NCBI GenBank assembly: GCA_039096225.1
Contig: JBBPEB010000002.1
Location: 434,001 to 498,000, forward strand
Length of the DNA stretch: 64,000 nt
Reading direction: 5' to 3'
Origin: Blastocystis sp. Blastoise
Lineage: Eukaryota; Protista; Bigyra: Opalinata
The position numbers were made by a program, and so were the translations under genes. Within the stretch, counting starts at the first letter, position 1; each line of letters opens with the position of its first letter. Of the stretch, positions 27,891-44,650 are shown one piece after another. The notes beneath the pieces were generated by a model. It was not told where the DNA came from and did no database searches. It saw only the letters and a program-made list of their open reading frames with translations.

Positions 27891-30299
27891 AAAAATAAAT
27901 AATAATGTCTATATATGACTGATAATAATAAATTAAGAATAAAGATAAATTCACTAATAAAATTAAATTTGTTAGTCAAACACAAAAAAATTTCATGAAA
28001 AAACGATTTTTAAAATTTTAAATTTTTTTATGATCCACTACTAGAATTACAAGTTTTAACACGTCATGTACTACACTATTGACACAACACTATTGTATTC
28101 CACAACTTTCAGCTTTAAAAAAATTATTCATTTTTGTTGACTCTCTGATCTGTTGACTCACCCATCCAGAAACTATTGATTCTAACTTAAAAAGTTTGTA
28201 CGTTACATAATTAACTCTAAAAACAACTTTTTAAAAGACTTTTATTTGATTCTGAAGAAAATGTGTTTTTTAATAAACTTTGACATACTTTTTGTATGCG
28301 GAACTTTGATTCATATTAAAATTTAATGAAGAAACTGTTCTACAACTCTTATGTCCTCTGATATCATTACTATTATAAAGCAAATAGGCAAAAAAATTCC
28401 CATTGGTCAGTTTTTGGAAAATGCATTTGATTGGCTACTATATACTATAGTTTGTCGCCGCAACTCCTCTAAACTTACGGGGAGTTAACTTTTGAGTGAA
28501 ACACAGTTCAATACGATATAACGTGTAGTTGTGCACCGTATATTTGGTTAAGCGATATTGTTTATAATTAAAAAGTTATTAATAAAAAAACAGAAAACAT
28601 GATTTTTGAGTCGTTTTTGATTGGCTCTTTGGGATGACCCCGATAAAAATTGTTGACCAGACAATTAAAAAATAAACATGGGGTAAACTTGATTTTTTCT
28701 CAATCCCACAATATACGTTATCCGTGTTTATTCTTTATATTTATCTATTTTTTAATACTTTTTCATATTGAACACGTGAGGCCTTAACGGTCAAATTTAG
28801 ATTCTTAATTTGACAGCATATTCTGATTCAGGAGGTTCAAAAACCTAGGTGTAGCGATTTTGAGCTCCTGAGGATGATTTTTGAGTGATCGATATTTTCT
28901 TCGATCTTCTTATTATCGACTAATATTATAGCATAGTAATCAATAGGTCCTCAAACTACTATAGTTAAAACAAAGTTTTAAAATAATGAGTTTGAGTATG
29001 ACAATTTTGAAAAATGTGAATTAAGTGGTCTTAGAGTGAGAGATTCAATATAATGACTTTTATTTAGTAAACTAGAGATAATACTCTATACTATGTTAAA
29101 AGGAGAGTCAAAATTATGAAGGTCAAAGTGTATGACCAAATGACAAAATGTGTCTTAAAAAGTAAAAGGGTTTGCATATGTGTTTAGAATCATGTATTAA
29201 GTCTATTTTATGAATAAGAGCTTTAAATAAATAGTTTAAGGTTGTCAAATTCAAAAGAATATGTAAAACATAGTCTTAGACTATGAATAAAAAATTTATA
29301 GATATTAATTAGTGTACAGCTGTAGTAGCTCTACAACATATCAAAAGTACAAAGAAAATAATTTTTAGAGAGTGGATGTGTGAGGTGTTGTGACTATTAT
29401 TTAAAATTTATTTTTACTTCAGTTTGAGCAAAATTGTGAATTTCGTACACTATAGAAAAATTGAGTCAAAATATCAACTCTAAGGGTCTTAAATTTTGAA
29501 AAATGTAAAAATGAGTGACTTAGATGACGAGATTCAAAATAAGAGTGTTTATTCATTAAACTAGACTGTATGATCTATATTATGTTAAAAGAAGGGACGA
29601 AAATGTTTTGATCAAAGTGTATGACCAAATGGTAAAGTGTCTTTAAAAAGTCTAAAGTGATGACTAATTTGTTTATAGAGTCATATAAAGTCTACTATGT
29701 AAATATTAGCTTTTAAAAATGTGTTTAAGTCTTTCAATTAGTAAAAATATGTTCAAAGAGAGTCATAAAATGAGAGTTTTAAGAAACGAGATATTGTTCA
29801 GTATACACTAAGAGACACTCTACAACATATCAAAAATATAGCAAAAACTATTTTTAGAGAGTGGATGTGTAAAGGGTTGTGAGAGTTATTGAAAAAATAT
29901 TTTTACTTCAGTTTGTGCAAAATCGTGTTTTTGGAACACTGTAGAAAAATTAACTTCAAAAATCAACTCTAAGGGTCTTAATTTTTAAAAATGTGAAAAT
30001 GTTTGACTTAGAGGACGAGATTCAAAATTCCCCCTCACTTTTATATAACTAGACCACACACTCTATACACTATCAGGTATTCCCGTGATACTTTTTGGAG
30101 AGTTTTGCCAAAAAATGACTAAATTACTTTTTAAGACTATTTTCAGTCAGGCGAAAAGAGTAGCCAAAAACTAGGTTATTTTTGTCGAATATGGTCTTTC
30201 TTTTCATTCGTTCAGAATTCTTTTAGAAACGTCATTTTATTATTAATTTAATCGTTGTGTGAATGATAATCAATATATATATATAACAAAAGACAATAA

Positions 30300-30925
30300 A
30301 TAATATATAATAATTAAAATAGCAAGAAAGATAAGAAAATAATAATTATTTTGATTTGTTTTGATAAATTGGCAACTGTATCTGAGGACTATATATATAA
30401 ATTGATAGAACTAATAATAATATAGATAATATAGAATACATACCTTCTAACATCACTTCTAGACCAACTCTTGAACAAGAACCAAAACTATAAAAATAGA
30501 ATGTAAAAAAATAAATATATTATAACAATATACCTTCTAAATCCTAGCAGTGTAGACCAAAAGGGACACCAGAGAGTACCTAGAACCTATAAAAAATTAA
30601 ATTAGTTAATTTCAAAAAAATAAAATATAATTAAATACCTTCAGAAGCATTGATTTGTTGACCAAGGAGACCTGAGACAATAGTTGAACCTATATAAGAT
30701 AATAAATAATAATAGCAGAGAGAATGCTAAAAAATATATACCTTTAATACAACCAGATTTCTATACGTTCAGGCCCGGAAACTCATAAACTAACTAAAGA
30801 GAATAAAAGAAATGAAAAATAAGCATACCTTTAAAAAAGAAGACCAATTAGGACCTATTAGAATCTATTTTGACACACCAGTAAGCCTATATAGAATAAG
30901 ATAAATAAAAAAAATATTATATACA
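30300..30925 (-). ncRNA. Putative spliced non-coding RNA of micro-exons near the left end of CACTA-C
   Basis: Exons 30829-30886, 30742-30789, 30639-30689, 30534-30586, 30444-30487, each tag|...aag|gtat; the first has stops in all three frames. Confidence 0.55.
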
Positions 30926-31899
30926 TTTAATAATATATAAAATATAGTTGTAAATTAAAGAAAAATAAAAATAAATATGCGAAAAAGTTGAATCTTATAA
31001 ACAAAGAGAAATTCCCCCTTACAATTTTTTTTTTTGTATAATAAAATTCTTTACAAAATCTGGGTTTCCAGGGGTTACAACATTTTTAAATTTTCCCTTT
31101 TTCTCTAATAAAAAGTCTATTTGAATATAAAAATGATTTATAAATGTAATATGTGTTTATGAACCTAAATTATTTAATTACAACATGTTTAAGACTTATT
31201 AGAACAAAAATATAGTTATTTAAAAAATCTTTAATTACAATTAAATATATTTGTCTGCTATTTTTATATAATAGTATTTTATTTATAACAAGAAGGTCCT
31301 AGATAATCAAGAGAAATATTTAGTATAATCACTTATAGAGACATGATTCAAAATTTATAAACTTTTGTTTCTAATATGATTTATTTCAACAATTTATCGA
31401 TTATTGTAGATGTATAAATAAAACGAGAATGTTTGAAAGCTTTGTGAGTTGTTTAAGACATAATAAAGAATGTAATTTATTAAAGTATAAAGTAGATTAA
31501 TATTTACTCTTTTTTCTATTATTCCAAAAGAATTCTATAAATAATTTTATTCCTAAATATCAACAAAACAAATAGAGTAATATATAAAGAAATAAAACAA
31601 AATAAAAGATAGATAAAAAAGATAATATATAGTATATATATAGTAATATATCATTATAATATATATAATATGAATAATTTATTAAACTCCTTTCTATTCT
31701 ATATATACATGATTATAAAACCATATATAATTTAAATATATATATATATTGATATAGTATTATAAATATATATATATACAAGAGTTATCATTATCTTAAT
31801 ACATAAAGGAATCATCCAAAAGTTTATATAATAATAATAATATAATAATAGTAATAACAATAAGTATATAATATATATATATATATATACAAGATATAT

Positions 31900-33624
31900 A
31901 ATAACCATGTTTCTGATAATCATGGTTATCAATAAGGAACATAAAACGTGGGTATTATAGGAGGTATATAGTTGTATATATATGTTTTATATGGTGGTAA
32001 TTCTTCAAATAGATAATGATCCTTTTTCTGTAGTTTGTATGGAATTGTCATAACTATATATATATATATATATTATATCAAAATATAATAATAAAGTATA
32101 TATATAAATATATAATATCACGAGAACAATAAAGTATATATATATATATACTTGAGAAATTCTAGAATAAGTATTTCCCACGATTATAATTCATAAAGAC
32201 AACACGCTACTCTTAGTAGGGAAGATGAAGTAGGAGATAACAGGATAACAGTATATAACCACGGGGATAATTAAGTATATCCTATAAAATATGTAATAAG
32301 AAAATCATGTGACATAAGTAGCTGATAGAGGGATTCAAACATTCATAGAATACATATATTCTATATAATAATAATAATAATAATAACAATAATAATATAT
32401 ATATATATATATATACAAAGTCATCCAGTATATTTATATCATATATATCTTCTTATCCGCGGTTTTCAGTCGGTTACGAAGAGAATATACATATTGAACA
32501 TCAATAGCTATATATATTATATAATATAATAATAATAATAATACACACAATAATATATACAATAAATATAATGTAACTATAATAAAACCATAATAAATAC
32601 AAAACATACAATGATCATTATCTTCTTCTCTTTTTCCTATATAAGTAAACATATCTATCATTTCTTTTTCTTTTTTCTTTCCTGTTTCTTCTTCACCTTC
32701 AATTTCAACCGTATTCAGTATATGACTTAATCCATAAATCAGTTCTCCACTAGGTTTTTCTTCTCCTTCTCCTCTTTCTTTCTCTTCATATGTATTCATT
32801 AATCCTATTTCTTCTTCTTCAGGTACTTCCATATCATTATCAATCATCAAATCATTTCCTGTATCTTTATATGCACCTGTGAAATAATTAGTAGTAGGAG
32901 GAGGAGGAAAAGGAGGACTATAGACTTCTTTTAAACTATTATGACTCATAAAAAAGGAAATAGAATAAATATCAATCTTTTTAATGTATGTAACTGAGGA
33001 GGTATATAAGAAGAAGGACAACGAGCTATTTGTATAATTTCTTCTATTCTTGTTAATAAGGTATATATCATATCTTGAGGAATATAATTCAATTCATATA
33101 TATATAGACTTACTAATATTGTTTCTCTTCTTTGTATTATATATAATAATATGATATAATATTATAAGTAAGAAACGAGATAGTACAGTATATGAATTGA
33201 AATGGATTTCAAAGGAAGGTTTAAAAGCATAATAAACTGAAGAATAATTTAAAACACTTATATAAATATATTGCATTCTTTAACCATGTTGTTAAGAAGT
33301 CTATAATAATATACAATAATAATATATAATAATAATAAAATATATATATATAATAAAATATATATATATATATATATATACAGCTCTCCGATTTATAAAG
33401 TGGAATCAATGAGAATATCACGTGCTTTTCTTCATTTGATTCGGGAGTACAAATACATCCTTAACGGAAAATATACTCACCAACTGTTTTAATAGAATTT
33501 CGAATAGAATCAGGAATAGGTTGTGATTCAGGGATGTCATTTATATATATAACTAACAATTTTACTTAATACTTTAATACTCTATAAATAATATGAATAT
33601 AAGTATATATATATATGTATAATT

Positions 33625-33655
<31 letters not shown>

Positions 33656-34369
33656 AGTATATATAAATATATACTTGTACTGTACATATATCAACACTTG
33701 TATTTAATAATAAACTTTGTAAATATTCACGTTCTATATATAAGAATATATAATAATAAAAAGCATAATACTATATATATATATACGTTGATTAGGGAAG
33801 AAAGGGAGTAGTTGACATATAATGGTAGTTGCTTGAATGTATTCATATATACTGCTATTATGAACAGCTTCATAAAATATATCAATATCCTTATTTGTTA
33901 AAGGGATAACAGTGCATATATATTGAAGAAGAGAGAGAGACAATCGTAACGTTTCTGTATTTAAACACTGTCGGAATAACACATCTAATATATCTCTGTC
34001 TCGTATATATTGAACAAGTGATTTATAAATAGCAGATTTCTTTACCGTTTGAAGATCATTAAATAATGTAGTTAAATTCGTTATTCCATCAATTTTATTT
34101 TTCATGTTTGATCTCATCAACTTATATATATATATATTAATATATAATTTTTGATAATCATAAGGATCTTGATAAATTTTTCGTTTTTCAGCAAATTTCA
34201 GTGTATTTGTATATTCATCAACATCAATTTGGCGGGGAAAATCACTTGGTAAAAATTTTTATAAACTATATATATATACATTTCATTACAAATAGTAACA
34301 AGTGAAGGAAGAGAAGTAAGTATATAAATATATATGCTTAATTTATACATAGAGAATAAGTATTCAAAC

Positions 34370-34409
<40 letters not shown>

Positions 34410-35173
34410 TATATATATATATATATATATATACATCTTTTCCAAAGTCGATATCTGCCCATAATGATTGTAATACATTCATATATTCATATAAAGAGGT
34501 TTCAATAGCTTTATATAAAAAACTATAGGGTTTACAATAATATCGTTTATCTGTATATTCCTCGACAAATGATTTGAGTTTCGTACTGAGAATGGGGTCT
34601 GTTGGAGGGGGATTGAGGGGAGTCACGAGACGATCACGTGCTGGAATTTCTTTTAGAATCGTATATGAACCTTGAGATAAATCAAAACTATATATAGGGT
34701 TGAATATAAATATAATAGAATATAATATATATGTATACATAAATGCTCTATTATCACTATTTCGTAGTGAATATGTATATTTATCAGAAATGGGGGAGTA
34801 AGAAAGATCTATTATGGTATAAATCCTATATAATATATATAATATATATATATAATATATATACTGTTTGTCCTGATGATAATAAATAAGTAAATTCTTA
34901 TCATGAGATGTATTGGTTAGTACAAGTGACGCATCTAGATGACGCTCCAGGTAAGGAAATGGCTCTACTCTATAATAATATATAATATATAATATATGTA
35001 TAATAATAAATAACAAATAATATATATATATATATATACATATCAACTTGAATATCTTCTAATCCATAAATATCTGCTTGTGTATATCCATCTTAATAAA
35101 CTCTGTATATATTCTTATATATACCTCTCTCTTCAAAGAAATCAAGCACTATTCCCGTGATTCTAAAGATATT

Positions 35174-35205
<32 letters not shown>

Positions 35206-35270
35206 CGTATAATTATCATTAACATGAATAGACATATAGAGACCAATATCCTTTGTAAAATCAGTCTATA
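31900..35270 (-). pseudogene. Captured intron-containing host gene fragments; 33734-34120 resembles the helical N-terminal region of USP34/USP9X/USP24-type deubiquitinases
   Basis: Many GT-AG exons with (AT)n introns; SNMKNKIDGITNL..LVQYIRDRDILDVLFRQCLNTETLRLSLSLLQYI..LTNKDIDIFYEA; stops in some exons. Confidence 0.5.
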
Positions 35271-35299
35271 TAATAATAATAATTATAATAAATATATTG

Positions 35300-35780
35300 T
35301 GAATTACCTTTTTAATTTTTAAAGAACACACCAGCAACCTAATTCACCAATGGCAACTAAAAAGCACCTTCCTATATAATATAATATATAATAAACATAT
35401 ACTAAAAATAGAGTAAATTAAAAAAAGAATAAAAGAATATTGTAACATAGGAAAAGAGAAAAAAGAAAAATATCTAAATGCAAAGAAAAAAAAATATATA
35501 ATTATATACCTTCTAGACTTTGTTAATTGATTATTTGAAGTACCGACAAGACCTAATAAACAACCTAAAAAAATTAAAAATAAACAAATGTAATAAAATA
35601 CCTTATAAGAAAAAACCAAACAAGTACACATGATGAATCACTTTGAAACCGACCTAGGAGAATGTCTGACAGGAGAAGGATTTCCAAAATGGGAAACCTA
35701 AAAGAATTATGAAAAAAAGTAGAAAATATCTAATAAATAAATACTTATAAAGTGCATACCTGTATAAAAAACACCATAAA
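35300..35780 (-). ncRNA. Putative spliced non-coding leader at the right end of CACTA-C, positioned to splice into the cargo
   Basis: Exons ~35308-35371, ~35510-35564, ~35602-35697, each tag|g...aag|gta; paralogous to 27200-27890. Confidence 0.5.
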
Positions 35781-37509
35781 TAAGTATAAAAATATCTATA
35801 TATGTTTGGTTATAATAATTTAAAAATAAAGATGAATTCACTAATATAATAAAATTTGTTAGTCAAATACTAAAAATTTTCGTAAAAATAGCTTTTATAT
35901 TTTTTTTTAATTTTTTATGACTCACTACTAAAATTACAAGTTTTAAACGTTATGTACTGAGCTATTGACACAACACTATTGTATCTCACTACTTTCAAGT
36001 TTTAAAAAATTACTCATTTTTGTTGACTCTCTGATCTGTTGACTGACTCGTCTAAAAACTATTAATTTTGACTTAAAACGATTGCATGCTACATAATTAA
36101 CTCTAAAAGTGACTTTATAAAAGACTTTTATTTGATTCTGAGGAAAAGTAGTTTTTTTAGAAGTTTTGGCATACTCTTTGTATGCGGAACTTTAAGTCAT
36201 AATAAAATCAAATGAAAAAACTCTTCTAAAACACTTATATCCTCTGATAGTCAATAAAATATAAATAGACTCAGTTTTGAACGAGAAAAATATTCCCGTA
36301 AATATTTTAAAAATTCAAAACTCTGGTCTGACTGCCCATGGAACAAATAGGCTCGGCTCAATTTTTCAGTGTAAAAAAAATATAAAATTTTGACTTTTTG
36401 GCTGAATTTTGGTTTCGAACCATAGAGGTCTTTTTATTCATTTTTAATCATATATGTGACTCTGAGAGGGTCTTCACTTTAAACACAACTATAAAATATT
36501 TTAAAATATTGACCCTCATTTTCTTCAGAATTGCGACTTTAAAATAAATAAAAACGGTTTGGATATCGTGTGATCCTCTGTAAATAAAAAATATTGTCAA
36601 TTCTTTAATAAAATATGTTTAATAGGGTTTTTGTGTCTAAATCAAAAGTCGACTTAAAATTTTTATGAAAATTTTGTTTTTTTTTGCCTAAGTCTTTTTT
36701 TTGTTATAATTTATTGGCTGAATAAGTTTTGAACGAAAATTAGCCAATCAAAAAGCTTTAAAAATTAAAAATGACCTGATAGTGATATTATGTCAAAAGG
36801 AGAGACGAAAATATTTTGGTCGAAGTAAATGAGCAAATGCAAAAGGTTTACGAAATGTCTTAAAGTGATGACCAATGTGTAGCTATGGTCTTATTAAGTA
36901 TAGTGTGTAAATATTAACTCTTAAAAATGAGTTTAAATGTCTTAACTTTTCATAATGTGTCAAAAAGGGTCTTTAAGAAAGAGATTCAAAACATTTGCTT
37001 TTATTTAATAAATAGTATGATAAACTCTATACTATATCAAAAGACTGAAGGAAATTATTTTGATACAGTGGATCTTGAATGTGTAAAGTCTCTTTAAAAG
37101 TTATATTTTTGAGTTATTTGTGTTTAAAATCATTATTAGAGACGACTGTAGAAATATTAACTTTTTAAATAATGTTTTAGTTGTCAAAGTGACAATGAAT
37201 GTTGACTTTGTTATACTTAAAACTTCAAAATTCTTTTAAAAAGTATTAAAATGAGTTAAAATTATTATATTATGCTTATTTAAAGGAATTTTATGAATTA
37301 AAAATACTTCAAAGTTCTTCACATTGTTACTCATTTCTAAAATTATTGACTTTAAAACTCAAAAAAAGCTTTAAACAGTTGTTTAATCATTACTAAATAC
37401 AAAATATATTTAAAAAATTTTTTTGTGATGAATATAACTCAAAATATCGTTTTTAATTAAAAGATAATTTTTATTTGTTTTCATTTCTTATTTAAAAAGT
37501 CTAAAATAA

Positions 37510-37577
37510 TCTTATATCAGGAATTGAACCTGATTACAATTATAAAATAATTGTAACTCTCCATGTAGAGTATAAGA
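37510..37577 (-). ncRNA. tRNA-like cloverleaf within Helitron H2
   Basis: Identical to 15661-15728 except one D-loop change (ATATGG to ACATGG). Confidence 0.6.
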
Positions 37578-39151
37578 AATAAATAATAAATGATTAATAA
37601 TAAATAATAATAAATAATAATAAATAAATAATAAATAATTAATAATAAATAAATAATTAACAATAAATAATAAACAATAAAAAATAAACAATATATAAAA
37701 ATAATGAAGGATACTAAAAAACTAAACACACATATTTTCATGCAGCCGCGGTCCGGGGCCGTTAGGCACTGGACCTGCGGCGTGACCCTAGTTCAATAAA
37801 ATATAAATAGACTCAGTTTTGAACGAGAAAATTATTCCCGTAAATATTTTAAAAATTCAAAACTCTGGTCTAAATCTCCATGATACAAATAGGCTCGGTT
37901 CATTTTTTCAGTGTAAAAAAAAAATAAATTTTTGACTTTTTGGCTGAATTTTGGTTTCGACTCATAGAGGTCATTTTATTCATTTTTACACACACTTATA
38001 ACTCTAAGAGGCTCTAAACTTTAAACAGGGCAACAAAAGGTTTTAAAATATTGACCCCGTTAATTCACAAAATTATGACTTTAAAATAAATAAAAACATT
38101 TTTGATATTGTGGGACCCTCTGTAAACAAAAAATAATGTCAATTCTAAATTAAATAATGTCTAACAGGGTCTTTGAGTCTAAATCAAAAGTCTACTTAAA
38201 ATTTTTGTGAAAATTTTATTTTTTTTGCCTAAGTCTTTTTTTTATTGAATTATTATTGGATGAATAAATTTTGAACGAAAATCAACCAATAAAATTGCCT
38301 TAAAAAGTCAAAAGCACCTACTAGTGATATATTTAAAATTTTTGTAAAATGAACTCTTTATATGCTATATCTCAATAAAAGTGAACAAATATAAATAGAC
38401 CAACTTTTGAACAAAAGAATTATTCCCGTAAATATTTTAAAAATTCCAAACTCTGGTCTGGCTGCCCATGGAACAAATAGGCTCGGTTCTCTTTTTCAGT
38501 GTAAAAAAAATATAAATTTTTGACTTTTTGGCTGACTTTTGGTTTCGACCCATAGAGGTCTTTTTATTCACTTTTACACATATTTATGACTCTTAGATGG
38601 TCTTCGTTTTAAATACAACTAGAAAATATTTTAAAATATTGACCCCCTTTTTTGACAAAATTACGACTTTAAAATAAAGAAAAACGTTTTTGATATTATG
38701 TGACCCGCTGTAAATAAAAAATAATGTCCATTCTTTGATAAAATATGTCTAATAGGGTATTTGAGTCTAAATCAAAAGTTAACTTAAAATTTTTGTGAAA
38801 AATTAACATTTTTTGCCTAAGTCTTTTTTTATTCATGTCTCATTGGATGAATGAATTTTGAACGGAAATTAACCAATTAAAAACCTTTAACAAGTCAAAT
38901 ATGCCTGTCAGTGATTAATATTCAACATATAATTATAATTATAATATATTTAGAAACTAGATAACATAAACATGATGCATTTTAATATTTTTATTTAATG
39001 TTTAGTATTGACTAAAATATATAAGTTTATATGAAAAACATAAAATCTACAATTCACTCGTTTTTTTCTCGATTATGACTCGTTTTTCTAGAATATTTTT
39101 TTTAAATATTTCTTTAACGCTTAAAGTAATACAGGTAAAGAAAACGTCTTA

Positions 39152-44350
<5,199 letters not shown>

Positions 44351-44650
44351 ATATTATTAATTTGATACTTTTTATATTTTTTTATATTTTTTATGATATG
44401 TGTCTCTTTCTCTACGTATACTTATAAAAAATAGCAAATGTTTTTGTAATATTCTGTATTCGACAAAGAATCATGTTCGAATTTTAAAAAGTTTCATTGA
44501 ATTTTATAATATAGAACACTTTTCATTCATGAAAAAACAAACAAATGAAAAATAGTTAACATATATGAATGTTTAAACTGATAAAAATTTACACATAAAA
44601 ATTTAAAAAACGAGTCATAATCGAGAAAAAAACGAGTGAATTGTAGAAAT

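Larger units (their letters stand above)
30068..36784 (+). mobile_element. Non-autonomous Pack-type CACTA element C (6.7 kb, no transposase)
   Basis: Perfect 11-bp TIR cactatcaggt / acctgatagtg; TSD ata (30065-30067, 36785-36787); removal restores ctctatattat as in H1 at ~14929. Confidence 0.93.
28364..37791 (+). mobile_element. Non-autonomous Helitron H2 (H1 family), interrupted by CACTA-C
   Basis: a|TCATTACTA at 28364; same 3' hairpin plus CTAG|t at 37791; rejoined flanks cctctgata|ttcaataaaat match the uninterrupted paralogous site at 36241-36262. Confidence 0.92.

Noticed and set aside
35629-35670. Box C/D snoRNA (atgatga..ctga)
   Set aside because: Only ~40 nt, and boxes are absent in the paralogous segment at 27740-27785.
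36410-36421. Pol III B-box (GGTTCGAAACC, minus) in the CACTA subterminal
   Set aside because: Not conserved in the A and B paralogues; no A-box or cloverleaf.
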